Below, in pieces: positions 13,264 through 25,330 of a stretch of DNA of 64,000 nucleotides. The translations under genes and the position numbers were made by a program. The stretch is taken from the NCBI GenBank assembly GCA_951406725.2, contig OX597819.1, positions 36,332,001-36,396,000 of the forward strand. The letters are read 5' to 3'. The notes under the pieces are model-generated. The model ran no database searches. It saw only the letters and a list, made by a program, of their open reading frames with translations, and had not been told where the DNA came from. The stretch is from Octopus vulgaris. Its lineage: Eukaryota. Numbering within the stretch: the stretch's first letter is position 1; each line of letters opens with the position of its first letter.

Positions 13264-13578
13264 GAAAATCAAAATCGAAATCGATCAACATCAATGGAAG
13301 TTGTAGCTGTGATACCAGTGCCGGTGGCACATAAGAGAACCATCCGAACATGGCCGTTGCCAGCCTCGTCTGGCACCTGTGCTGGTGGCACATAAAAAGC
13401 ACCCACTACACACACGGAGTGGTTGGCGTTAGGAAGGGCATCCAGCTATAGAAACACTGCCAGATCAGACTGGGTCTGGTGCAGCCTTCTGGCTTCTCAG
13501 ACCCCAGTTGAACCGTCCAACCCATGCTAGCATGGAAAGCGGACGTTAAACGATGATGATGATGATGATGATGGTGAT
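13264..13578 (+). repeat. SINE-like family A
   Basis: Core and (GAT)n tail. Confidence 0.85.
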
Positions 13579-13789
13579 GTCAGTGATACTTGAATATTGT
13601 TGGTAGATGAGAGTATAAATTCCAAGAACCATAGTTTTCCTGCTATTCTTAGCTTTGAATGATATTGTATCAAGCACAAGTCAGCAGAAGATGGTTTGAA
13701 TTAATTTGTAAATCTGAATGAAATTATTTACATTTATATATATATATATATATATGTTGTGCCTTATTGTCTCTTGTGTCCATTTGTAG

Positions 13790-13865
13790 GAGGAGCGTGC
13801 ACGTGGTGAACATAATTTATCTAATATTTCCAAAACTCATGAAAGAATGCAGCAGGAACAGCGGA
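13790..13865 (+). CDS. SGF29: SGF29 coding exon 2
   Basis: TTGTAG|; EERARGEHNLSNISKTHERMQQEQR (human EERSRSEHNLVNIQKTHERMQ); A|GTAAG, 76 nt. Confidence 0.95.
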
Positions 13866-13929
13866 GTAAGACTTGTTCTATATTCTTTGTTTGTATAATC
13901 AAAACATTTAACATTTTACAAGTTATAAA

Positions 13930-14165
13930 GGCAATGAGCTGGCAGAACCGTTAGCACGCCGGGTGAAATGCGTAGCCGTATTTCGTCTGCCGTTACGTTC
14001 GGAGTTCAAATTCCGCCGAGGTCGACTTTGCCTTTCATCCTTTAGGGGTCGATAAAATTAAGTACCAGTTACGCTGTGGGGTTGATGTAATCGACTTAAT
14101 CCGTTTGTCTGTCTTTGTTTGTCCCCTCTATGTTTAGCCCCTTGTGGATAATAAAGAAACATATA
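13930..14165 (+). repeat. tRNA-derived SINE family B (MetaSINE-like central domain)
   Basis: GCCTTTCATCCTTT.GGGGTCGATAAAATTAAGTACC; TSD of about 10 bp (AAGTTATAAA). Confidence 0.8.
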
Positions 14166-14288
14166 AAAGTTATAAACTTCACTTGAAATCATTTAATTAT
14201 TCAATCTGAAATTACTTATTACTCTTGATAAGATTTCCTTCCTATGACACTGAGAGTCAACTAACTAGAGCTTTCTCTTTCTTTGCAG

Positions 14289-14339
14289 ACAATCCAGTCA
14301 CAACAAAAGGGGAAGCTAAAGCAGCATTAGCTATTTCAT
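14289..14339 (+). CDS. SGF29: Putative alternative in-frame cassette exon of SGF29 (51 nt, +17 aa)
   Basis: CTAAC branch point, pyrimidine tract and TTTGCAG acceptor; T|GTAAGT donor; phase 1-1; no stop codon. Confidence 0.55.
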
Positions 14340-14564
14340 GTAAGTATTTGTTTTTTGACTTTATGAAAACATTAGCTGTTTCATGCAAGTGTCAGTTCTT
14401 CTTACTAACTATATACATTAGTTGGTTCATGTAAGCTTTAGTGCTTACACTAAATGAATGCTTCAGACAGCTGTTTCTTTTTTTCAACCCTTCTGCTACC
14501 AATTCACCTGCGATCACTTCTTTTTCTTTGATACACCTATTTTAAAATGTTTATATTTAAATTA

Positions 14565-14993
14565 GGCGCAGGAGTGACTGTGTGGTAAGTAGCTTGCTTA
14601 CCAACCACATGGTTCCGGGTTCAGTCCCACTGCGTGGCATCTTGGGCAAGTGTCTTCTGCTATAGCCCCGGGCCGACCAATGCCTTGTGAGTGGATTTGG
14701 TAGACGGAAACTGAAAGAAGCCTGTCGTATATATGTATGTATATATATATATACATAAATATATATATATATGTATGTGTGTATATATGTTTTTGTGTCT
14801 GTGTTTGTCCCCCTAGCATTGCTTGACAACCGGTGCTGGTGTGTTTACTTCCCCGTCACTTAGCGGTTCGGCAAAAGAGACTGATAGAATAAGTACTGGG
14901 CTTTCAAAGAATAAGTCCTGGGGTCGATTTGCTCGACTAAAAGCGGTGCTCCAGCATGACCGCAGTCAAATGACTGAAACAAGTAAAAGAGTA
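14565..14993 (+). repeat. tRNA-derived SINE family C (CORE-like, internal (TA)n)
   Basis: Head GTGTGGTAAGTAGC...GGTTCAGTCCC and CTTGGGCAAGT; copies at about 32540-32880(-), 39750-40390, 50920-51351 and 53440-53830(-). Confidence 0.8.
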
Positions 14994-15200
14994 AATTCTC
15001 CATCAAGTTATCATGAATGAAACACATCGCACAATGCTGTACCAGAACCTTTTGTCCCTCATCAGCTTTGGTAGATCCTCAATTTCATGTTGTGTGTTCT
15101 TGTCATAATATCAATGTTGAGTGGTGTTTGTCTTCTATTTGGGTGTATATCATAACATGATATGATCTGTTATTTAGCATGATGGTAGTGGCCAACAAAG

Positions 15201-15430
15201 GCAGAGAGCAGGCAGAAATGTTAGCACGCCGGGCGAAATGCATAGCCATATTTCGTCTGCCGTTACGTTCTGAGTTCAAATTCTGCCGAGGTCGACTTTG
15301 CCTTTCATCCTTTCGGGGTCAATGAATTAAGTACCAGTTACGCACTGGGGTCGATATAATCGACTTAATCTGTCTGTCTGTCCTTGTTTGTCTCATCTGT
15401 ATTTTGCCCCTTGTGGGTAGTAAAGAAATA
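15201..15430 (+). repeat. SINE family B with 17-bp TSD
   Basis: TSD GGTAGTGGCCAACAAAG at 15184-15200 and 15431-15447. Confidence 0.88.
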
Positions 15431-16128
15431 GGTAGTGGCCAACAAAGTCTACACTGTGTTGAGCAATAATAGTTGAGATTTAAATTTAAAACTGTCCATT
15501 ATAATTTTCATCAACATCATCATTTAATGTCTGTTCTCCATGTTGGCTTGGGTTATACTGTTTGACAGGAGCTGGTCAACTGAAGAGCTGCCTGGGCTGC
15601 ATGTCTGTTTTGGTATGGTTTCTTCAGCTGGATGCCCTTCTTAATGCCAACCACTTTGCAGAGTTTATTGGGTGCTTTTATGTGGCACCAGTACAGGTGC
15701 TTTTTTGTGACACCAGCACCCATGAACCCACAAGATTAGGAACACCCAGCTGAAGAGGGATGCAGTGGACATACCTGTATGCAAGGACAACCATGATTTT
15801 ACTTCGCTTGACTTGTCTTCTCAAGCACAGCAAACCTCCAGGAGTTTTTCCCCCCTCTCCCCTCTGTGAGGCTCAATGTCTGAAAATCCTTTATCATCAT
15901 TTCATCCAGAATTTTTTTCATCAAATTCCAAATACCAGCTTAATAATGACAGTTAGTTTACTATATCTCTCTGAATTCTTGATTATCTTGAAAATTAAAT
16001 CAGAAATATAGGCAGCATATTTCTATAACTGTTATGGTAACTGGTTGAATTTGAAGTATTGCAGCTGTATGTGTAATTAAAAATTAATTTTAAACACTGT
16101 TAACTGCATTAGTTACTTACTTTTTCAG

Positions 16129-16201
16129 TCACGCCTTACTACAAAAATAAACTACGAGGTTTATATAACACAGCCATGCAGGATGCTGAAGCAGAAGCTG
16201 A
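16129..16201 (+). CDS. SGF29: SGF29 coding exon 3
   Basis: TTTCAG|; (I)TPYYKNKLRGLYNTAMQDAEAEA; GA|GTAAGT, 73 nt. Confidence 0.95.
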
Positions 16202-16519
16202 GTAAGTGTCATTGTATAAGTTTCTATTCATTCTTTCCATAATGTCTTTCATTGCATGTATTAACAGTAGTTTAACTGTCTACAACCCAATCTACAACAT
16301 CTCAAACTGTCTCTTCCTCATTCTCAAACGAAGGGTAAGAGTTGACATGTTTAGAGTCTTCATTCTTTATTGAATTTTTCAGTCTCCTGTGTTGTAATTG
16401 TTGTTTACACAAGCCACCACCAATTTTCCCAGATTCCAGATTTTACCCTTAACACTAGTTATGCATGAAATTATTCTTATTTAATGCAACCTACTCAGTT
16501 AGTAGTTGTTACAAGTAGT

Positions 16520-16945
16520 GGATCTTTTCAGTTTGAACGGCAGTTTTTAACATAATTTCTAGGTAACTAAAAAAATTTTAAACTTCGTATACTGGTAGAA
16601 TGTGTTTATAAAACATCTTTTTCTCTTGGCTTTATTGAGAAAATTCTATAGTTTGTAAGATATTTGTTGTTTTGTTTTTCAATTTCTGCAATTTCAACCA
16701 ATCAAATGCGTCTATTGAGGTAAAAAAACATTCTGTGCCATATGAATATGTCCCTTGTTTAAGAAACAGATTGGGTTTATTTACATTTGTGAAGAAAAAA
16801 AGATACCCTTCCCCACCCCTAACCCTAACTAACCCTAACTCTAAAACAGATTGAAATGCAATAGATCGATACTAGGGTCATAATTATGGGTGACAATTTC
16901 ATATGACACCGCTAGAAAAAACTGCCGTTCAAACCGCAAAGATCC
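16520..16945 (+). mobile_element. MITE copy 1 (GG-ended TIRs, 8-bp TSD; Merlin-like)
   Basis: TIR GGATCTTTTC(G/A)GTTTGAACGGCAGTTTTT; TSD CAAGTAGT on both sides. Confidence 0.9.
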
Positions 16946-18349
16946 CAAGTAGTTTGTTGAGATCATGAAATATAAATCTACATTTTTTTTTCTTGAGCAT
17001 TTCTAGAAGTAGAATTAATTTGCTGCTGAATTTAACACCATCATCTCACCCATGAGTACCTTTAGTAGATTCCACTTGGTTGCAAGAATTCAAGGTAGAT
17101 CTCTAGCCTGAGGATTACTCCCTTCCTTTTTCATATGGGATTTGAATCTCCTAAGCTGTTAACGAGCACTAGTCTTTCCTCCTCCAAGCTATGAAAAAAA
17201 TAGTGATCTGCCTATTTTATTCCTATAAAGCAATATCTTCTATATTCCCTTTATACAATATTTTTGATGTAAGATAATATTTCTAGATTTTTTTTCACAT
17301 TCTTGAATGATTATTAAGAGGTTCTATATATATTCTTTTCCTTTCTGTTGTTGGAGTTAATTTTTTTTGTATTGTATTGTCTTATATAGCAACATAAAAT
17401 GGTATCGTGAAATGTAAGGAGTAGCCACTTATTTAGGAATCTACAATGAAATGTTCATATTTATTAGTTGGCCAATAAAACTTAGTTCTGTTGAATGATA
17501 TTATTCCATGTTCTGACATACCACATTGTCAACTGGCCTAATTTATTAGTAATACCTTACAAATGGATCAGATGACATTTGGAATAAACTTCCCCTTAAA
17601 CACAATTTTTGCACTAAGTACTGGAATCAGTAAATTGGTTTCAAATTATTTGCTATAACAGACAGATAAATAGTTGTAAAATTGACAGCTGCCTGTTCTT
17701 TGACATTTCTGCATGAAGTAACAATGATATCTTTCAGTCTTTTCTTCAAATATTTCGTTTTGAGACATCTTTTTTTTTTTTGTTTTGCTTTTAGTGTCTT
17801 TTAAAAATTTATTGACATACTTTTATTGTTGCTTTTTCTTTTTATAAATTTGCATGTTCTTTTTATAGACTGACTGTTGCATTGACTCACAGGGAGTAGC
17901 AAACTTTGGTGTTACATGTTATAAAAGTTTAGATATCGAGTACCTAAAGTACCCATGTTTTAAAAGTTTTTTTTACATAATAGGAGATTTTTAAAATACA
18001 CTAGACCAAAAAGCTGAATGAATCGGAACCACAATTAGATGAATTCACCTATTAAGAACTAACATGTTTATTCATGTATAATGGAGGAAATTTAATGAAA
18101 AAGAAAATCAGTCAAAATTGGGCAATAGAATTATATTTCTATTATATTTCTATTATAGAATTATATTTCTATTATATTTCTATTATAGAATTATATTTCT
18201 ATTATGCCTAACATTTGAAAACATACATCAAAAGATAATTGATCTAAGATGTTTAATAGTTAATGTATACACTTCATTGATTATAGCTATGAAATATATG
18301 TTTAAATGAATATATCCAATTACAGTTGTTAATCATCATCATTGTTTAA

Positions 18350-18569
18350 CCCTTTAGCATCTAAACCGGCCATATCCGGCCCAGATTTTCTACTTCTTTT
18401 ATGTTCAAACCATCTAGATCTGGCCTCTCACTCATATCCTGCAATGACATCCTCAAAATGAACCATCACATCATCAAATTCTCAGAACTACAAGATAATG
18501 CAGGATTAATTCAAAACAATGTGAATGAAAAAGCATTATATTTGACAGAGTAATCTGAACACTAAAGGG
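18350..18569. mobile_element. piggyBac-like MITE (family 1)
   Basis: TTAA|CCCTTTAG...CTAAAGGG|TTAA; further copies at 29759-30300 and about 37535-37760. Confidence 0.8.
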
Positions 18570-18619
18570 TTAAAGTCTGTCTTCCATGCTTGCATGGGTA
18601 TGTGAATATTATGTGCTTG

Positions 18620-19860
18620 TAATGAAAAAGAAAAAGAAAATGAATATTTAAAAGAAATATATGGCATAGAGTTCGGAATTTAAACTTAGACAGAGAATTT
18701 GCTGAAAAAGAATAACAGTGCAACCTTTAGGAAATTGGTGTTATTGAGAATGACATTAGGTTGGGTTGAAAAAACAAAAATCCAACTGTTGGGAATACTA
18801 AGCATTAAAGATTATGAGGAAAGCAGGCTCATACAGAAACAAAAACAAAGAATCGGTTGAATGAGTGGATGACAAGAAAAACAATGTGTTGTAACAACAC
18901 TATATGTTAAGTTGCAAGTAAAGAAAATGTCAAAGTTGAGAAATGTAGAATTCAAATCTTAAAATGGGTAGTGGCTAAGGTTTTTCTCAGAAATTCACAG
19001 AAGCTTCCTTCTGATTTGGTTGATAGCATTGTGCAGTTTTCTAAGTTTATAATAAAACTGAGAAAGCAGTGTGATTTTGAACTGAGTCAAATTAAAAACA
19101 AATGAGGCACTCCTTTTTTTTTTTTATATATACCTAGGAACAAAGCACTGGATGGAATAAAGCTGTTAGAACCACAGGATATGACAGCAAAAAATCTATT
19201 TTACCTGTTGCTTTATGTTTAGCTGATGGAACCAAAGAAATTCCATGGCTATTTTTTAAAGAAAGACATTACCAAAAATTGGACATTTTCTTCCTGGAGT
19301 TATTGTTCACTGCCACCCTATGGTGTTAGGATGGATGGGGAAGACATTGGTTTATGATTTAGAAAAGTGTAGATACAAATGACCTGGAACACTTTCAAAG
19401 GAACATTTGAGAAACCTGCAATGTGTAGGATCTTTTTAGCAGTGATCTAATTGGGTCAATGAATTACTATTTGAAGAAGATGAAAACTCAACACACTATG
19501 ATCGCATGTTTTTTGAGAAGCGTTTGAATATCCTGATATTGTTTTCAACGAGCCATTTAGCAGAGAAATTAGAGAAAGTACTTGATAATCACGGACATCA
19601 TTAGATGAAGTGGATAAAACACCAGGAGATAATCTCAAAAAAAGCTTGGCCTTCCTTTCAGTTTTTTGAAGACTGACATTTGTAATAATTTGGATGGAAT
19701 AAAAGCTAACCTGTTGTGGAATGATCAGGATACAACTACAGACATCAATGCAAGTTTAGATGAAGATAATGATGAAGTGATAGAATGAGAAACTGAGGAA
19801 AAGCTAAATCAAGAAGAATAGCTGGAGTTATTTGAAGAATCACATGATGAATGCTTTTTA
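18620..19860 (+). pseudogene. Highly degraded pogo/POGK-like DDE transposase remnant
   Basis: Fragments resembling CLADGTK, KRKTLPK..F.PGVIVHCHP, GWMD and NNLDG...LLW, plus an acidic C-terminal tail; many frameshifts. Confidence 0.55.
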
Positions 19861-21682
19861 AGAGATAACTCATTTTATGAATAATGACCTTTTTTAACCT
19901 GTTACACTCTATAGTATTTAAGTCAAAATTACTGAGTAAAAACAGGAAATTTTTAATATCTGTGTTTTAGTTATTTTAGTTTTATTGGGTTTAAAATTTG
20001 CAGCAATATTACAATGGTTTCTTAAAAGTATAAATAATCATCACCGTACTCAGAGATCAGACAGAAGAGAATGAAAAATGTTATTGACTTTTAATTACAA
20101 AAAGTAAGGATGTTTGAGATTACATCGCATTTGAGTAAATGCAGTAAGTCATCAACATACAGAATTCCTATGGCTGGCTGGTCTGGCTTTTCTGTTATAG
20201 CTTGGGAAGGGGTGCATAATAAACAAGAAAAGGCTTAGAACTGAGACTGGATTGAACTCTCATAAATGCTAAATTAATTTCTGAACTCCTTGTTGACTAT
20301 GCCTATGTATATGGCTTTTAGGCCTTACAAACCTTCTGCCCCTTTTCTTTTTAAAAAATCCCGTCAAACATTTTCTGTTGCTAGATCTCTCTTTTCTAGT
20401 GATATGTTCGTTAATTCATGTCATGCCTTGTTCAGTAGTTTCATTAATTTCATTCAACAGTAGTCTGCAAGTACTTGGTGACTTTGTCAGTGCAGGTGCC
20501 ACTTAAAAGCACCCAGTCCACACTGTAAAGTAGTCGGTGTTTGGAAGGGCATCCAGCTATAAAAACCTTGCTAAAGCTGACCTCGCCTATGCTTGTGCCA
20601 CGTAAAAAGCACTACTCACCTTGTCTGTATTTGTGCCTCTACTTGTGCCATGTAAAAAGCACTAAGTTCACTTTTCTGAGTGGATGGTGTTAGGAAGGGT
20701 ATCCAGCTGTAAAATCTTGCCAAAACAGCCACAGAAATCTGGTGCAGGCTTCGGCCTTGGCTGGCTCTTGTGGTACTGTCCTGCCCATGCTAGCATGGAA
20801 GACAGATGTTAAATGATGATGATGATACCATATTACACTATTTTCTTTACACTGTATACATTCTTTCTAATTGAATGACACCCAACCCTAATCTACAGCA
20901 GATCCTGTTTATACTACAACTGTTGGTTATTCCATTTTAGAATTCCTCCAGTATGCTTCAGAAAAAACAATGTTTTATGTAGTTTATTTAGTTTTACTAT
21001 CTTAGAAAATTAATTTCATCTGTCTGAATTATTCCTTTCTTAAATCTTCCTTCTTATCAATTTTCTTTAACTTATGTATAGTTCTTCATAAATGTTTATA
21101 AGCCTTCACTATTTATGTGTGTTATTTCCTTACATACTGTTCCTTCTCATTAATTGTATCCTATTACTTCCATGCTGTGCTTCTTTCTGGAAATTTTGAT
21201 TTTTAGTCCCAAATACTATTAAATCCATATATTGCTTGGATTAAAGTATCTGTGACATCTTCGTGTTCCCTAGAAACCTCCTCTTCCCTCTCCCAAAATG
21301 TGTTTATTTTATGCTGATTGCCTTTAGATATCATATATATCACAAAGGGCAAAGGGAATAACTAATGAATCTGAAATATTCCCCTATTGATCTCAATACC
21401 TCCTATCCTTCAACAAAATTAGTTATTGATACTATTTTTATTATTGCTATTATTTCTTAGGTGGCATCTCTTCTGGCCTTATTTTCTGAGTTCAAAGTCC
21501 ACTAATGTTAGCTTTGCTTTCATCCTTTCAGAGTTGATAAAATAAGTACCAGTTAAGCACTGGATGTAATCAGCTAGTCCCTACCACAAAATTTCAGAAT
21601 TTGTGCTTATAGCAAAAAAAATTATTACTATAATGTCTCTATTTTTGTTTTGTGCTCATATATTCACTTTTTTTGTTTTTAG

Positions 21683-21756
21683 GCTAGTTAGAAAAGCTTT
21701 GGATAAAATTTCTGAAATAAAATCTATACAAGAAAACCGAAGACTTGGAAAACTTG
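21683..21756 (+). CDS. SGF29: SGF29 coding exon 4
   Basis: TTTTAG|; (E)LVRKALDKISEIKSIQENRRLGKL; G|GTAATA, 74 nt. Confidence 0.93.
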
Positions 21757-22019
21757 GTAATATATTTCTCTTATATATATATTTCTTTTGTTCATTTATT
21801 CATGAAACTCTCTTGACTACAAATATAGCAAGAAGCATTTCTACCCATTCTACACAGCTCTTTCCTTGGATAATGGAACTGCAATTGTAACATCCTACAT
21901 ATATTTCTATTTTTATTTTTATTTTCTTATTTCCCTTTATACTTCCTACATCCATCCTTTTCCAAAATAACTCCTTATATTGAATTCTACTATTTCCCTT
22001 TATTTAACCATCTCACATA

Positions 22020-22067
22020 GTCTCTGATGAAGGGATATCCCTAATATCCCAGAAACAACTGTAAGAC
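22020..22067 (+). ncRNA. Minimal type I hammerhead ribozyme motif (Penelope-type) in SGF29 intron 4
   Basis: GTCT-CTGATGA-a-GGGATAT/ATATCCC-a-GAAAC-aact-GTA-AGAC; stem I GTCT/AGAC. Confidence 0.7.
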
Positions 22068-22233
22068 CACCTTTCTCGTTATAAATATCCTCTAAATTCC
22101 ACACAGCCTACAATAAGGATAACTTAGTGGAAATAATCAACAAAATTAGTGGTTTGTTTATTTTATATGATATTAATAGCATTATTGTGATTATGCTGTT
22201 TATGAATCAGTATTTGTTTGTTTTGCTTTACAG

Positions 22234-22336
22234 ATAGTGACCGTCCCAAGCCAATTATCAGACGTGGTGTCCTAATGACAATGCTACAACAGAATGCTGT
22301 ATCACTACCCTTATGGGTCAGCAAACCTGGGGAAAA
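22234..22336 (+). CDS. SGF29: SGF29 coding exon 5
   Basis: TTACAG|; DSDRPKPIIRRGVLMTMLQQNAVSLPLWVSKPGE; AA|GTAAAT, 103 nt. Confidence 0.95.
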
Positions 22337-22633
22337 GTAAATATTTTATTGTTGTTATTGTGGATGTGTGGGCCAATGACATCTACTGTAGGCCTGGGCT
22401 GACTAAAGCCTTGAGGGTAGATTTGATAGACAGAAACTGAAAGAAGCCTGGTGTGTGTGTGTTTGTTTGTTACTGTCTCCTTGTCTTGACTTCACGTGAT
22501 TGTTGTAAACGGGTGTCACTGACATGCAAACTGTATCCTTTGTTTACAGTCTTGCATGGAAACCTGTTTGGTCATGAGGAAATATTACTTTGTAAATGGG
22601 TGAGAGTTGGTGACAGGAAGAGCATCTGGCTAT

Positions 22634-22941
22634 TTTGTTGTTGTTGTTCCTTCTCGAGCAATGCCCGGCTCATAAGGGACAGTTTCCCGGTTTCTTGGCA
22701 TATAGGTTTCCCACCTGGACGGGACGTTAGTCTGTCGCAGGTGAGCTGCAAGATGCAGGAGGAAAGAGTGAGAGAAAGTTTGGGCGAAAGAGTCAGCAGA
22801 AGTTCGCCATTACCTTCTGCCGGAGCCGCGTGGAGCTTAGGTGTTTCGCTCATAAACACATACATCGCCTGGTCTGAGATTCGAACCAGCGATCCCTCGA
22901 CCGCGAGTCTGCTGCTCTAACCACTAGGCCATGTGCCTCCA
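22634..22941 (-). repeat. tRNA-derived SINE nested in another SINE
   Basis: TSD CATCTGGCTAT; (CAA)n tail; related copy at about 32912-33221. Confidence 0.8.
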
Positions 22942-23039
22942 CATCTGGCTATAGAAAAATGTGCTTCAACAAATTCTGTCCAACCGATGCAAGCATGAAT
23001 AAGTGGACATTATAATGATGATGATGAAGGAGCAGGTCC

Positions 23040-23320
23040 TCTGAGACTGGAGGATTTGATGCTGTCAATGTTCTGTTTAAAATGTTGCTGGGTAACATCT
23101 ATAAGAAAGATATGAATGGGAAGAGAATTCCAGAGGGTTGAAATCTTGGGGAGAAAGGACTGGACGGAGTAATTTGAGTGTTGAGAACGAGTTGGATACA
23201 ACAAGGGTAATGAAAGGTGGAAAGCTGGGTGAATATGGCGTGTCTGATTGGTGGATTTATGACACCAACCAGCTCTGAGGGGCAGAGGTCATTATAATTG
23301 TGATAGAAAAGACAGGGCAG
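23040..23320 (-). mobile_element. LINE 3' ORF2 fragment
   Basis: SFLPKISTLWNSLP...FKQNI motif typical of non-LTR ORF2 C-termini. Confidence 0.6.
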
Positions 23321-23876
23321 TGATACCTGACTCTGTTTTTAGTTTAGATTTTTTTTCTCTTATGAAGAATTTTAAAGTAAATAAATGATGGGATTATTAT
23401 CAGTAAGCTTTCTGTTGTCATGGATCAGGTTGAGCTATTCATCAACAGAGTAGTATCGATAGGGCTTAGGATATTTGCATATTTTTTTCAAGTTTGTAAA
23501 TGTATTGAAGAATATGAAGTATGAATGTTTTAATTTAGTTTAGATTATTATTATCTAGGAATCAAAATCAAAAGAGGATTTTTATTATGAACAATTATTG
23601 ATATTATATTTGTTTATAAGGCAATGAGCTGGCAGAATTGTTAGCATACTGGGCAGAATGCTTTGCAACATTTTGTCTCTTTCTATGTTCTGAGTTCAAA
23701 TTCTGCCATGGTTGACTTTGCCTTTTATCCTTTTAGGGTTGATAAAATAAGTACTAGTTGATCACTTGGGTTGATCTAATCAACCTATCTCTTCTATGAA
23801 ATTGCTGGCCTTGTGCCAAAAATTGAAATCATTATTATTTTTGTTTATAATGCATCCTATTTTGTCTGCCTTTTAG

Positions 23877-24065
23877 GCCTCCTCCACTATGTGGAGCAGT
23901 TCCAGCAGATGCTAATTATGTGGGCAAAACCGGTGACAAAGTTGCTGCCAGAGTTAAGGGTCAAGATGGAGAAGAAGAGAATTGGATCTTAGCTGAAATA
24001 TCTTCCTATACTCCAGCTACTGGTAAATATGAAGTTGATGATATCGATGCAGAGGAGAGCAATGA
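23877..24065 (+). CDS. SGF29: SGF29 coding exon 6 (Tudor 1)
   Basis: PPPLCGAVPADANYVGKTGDKVAARVKGQDGEEENWILAEISSYTPATGKYEVDDIDAEESN; GA|GTAAGT, 189 nt. Confidence 0.97.
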
Positions 24066-24531
24066 GTAAGTACTATTTTGAACTGATTATCTTTACATAT
24101 GTGTGATAACATTTTAAGAGTGTATGTTCTTGAGTTATCTATAGTGGGAAAATCTCTGCTCTTTGTGTGCACAGAGCGATAAAATTTGATTGTAAAATAA
24201 GTTATAAACTTATCTGCAGTAATTATATAAATGTTTAATATAACATGAGTTTCACAGAGTGACAATAATTGTTGGGGGTTGAAGAATGTTCTGGCCCTGC
24301 AGAAAAGGATCAGTGTTTGGAATGTAGTCCTAGCTATGTTAAGGTTATGCTTTCATCTGAATAGATCCTCTGTGATAATGAGAACCGGTATTTAGAGTGA
24401 TCATGAAGGCTCTAGTTTAGTCTTGTGATGTGACAATTTTTTTTTTATGAACAGTGGTTGTGTTTTAATCACTGTTGAAAGAGAGAAAACAGAAATATGT
24501 ATGTGTGTGTGTGGGTTTAGCATGATTGGAT

Positions 24532-24941
24532 GGATCTTTTCAGTTTGAACGGCATTTTTTAACATAATTTCTAGGTAACTAAAAAATTTTAAACTTCTTA
24601 TCCAGGTAGAATGTGTTTATAAAACATCTTTTTCTCTTGGCTTTATTGAGAAAATTCTATAGTTTGTAAGATATCTGTTGTTTATTTTCTTCAATTTCTG
24701 CAATTTCAACCAATCAGTGACGTCTATTGAGTTAAAAAACATTCTGTGCTGTATGAATATGTCCCTCGTTTAAGAAACAGATTGGGTTTACTTACATTTG
24801 TGAAGAAAAAAAGATACCCTTCCCCCACCCCTAACCCTAAAACAGATTGAAATGCAATAGATCGATCCTAGGGTCATAATTATGGGTGACAATTTCATAT
24901 GACACCGCTAGAAAAAACTGCCGTTCAAACCGAAAAGATCT
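24532..24941 (+). mobile_element. MITE copy 2
   Basis: Same TIRs and body; decayed TSD GATTGGAT/GATCGGAC. Confidence 0.88.
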
Positions 24942-24944
24942 GAT

Positions 24945-25330
24945 CGGACTAGGTTAGAGAAGAGTGAAAGATGGTATCATCTGCATAAGAATGAGCATTG
25001 TTAGATGTCTTGGCAAGTAGGTCATTGATGTGTAGAAGGAGGAAGGTGGTGTGCAAACCTAAACCCTATACTAGAGTTAAGAGAATGAGAACAGAAAGGG
25101 TTCCATCAGCACACACAGCAATAGTGGAGTCTAATAGGAAGCTATTGATCCAAGTGATGAGATGCAGGTGGAACCTATTGGTCTCAGTTTTGGTGGGTGA
25201 TTTGCTTGCCAGACTTGGTTGAAAGCTTTACTGATGTCAAGGAGATAATATTAATTTCACCAACTTTCTTGAAGGAGAGAGCCTACATATGAGTGACCTA
25301 AGAGAGTCCATTCACTGGTGGATCTGGCTA
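24945..25330 (-). mobile_element. Degraded LINE reverse-transcriptase fragment
   Basis: Manual translation: LDISKAFNQVW...WINSFL...HINDLL...SYADDTIF. Confidence 0.7.

Noticed and set aside
18123-18205. 30-bp AT-rich tandem repeat, about 3 copies
   Set aside because: Ordinary slippage duplication
22870-22941. tRNA gene
   Set aside because: It is the head of a SINE with body, tail and TSD; the same applies to the other tRNA-like heads
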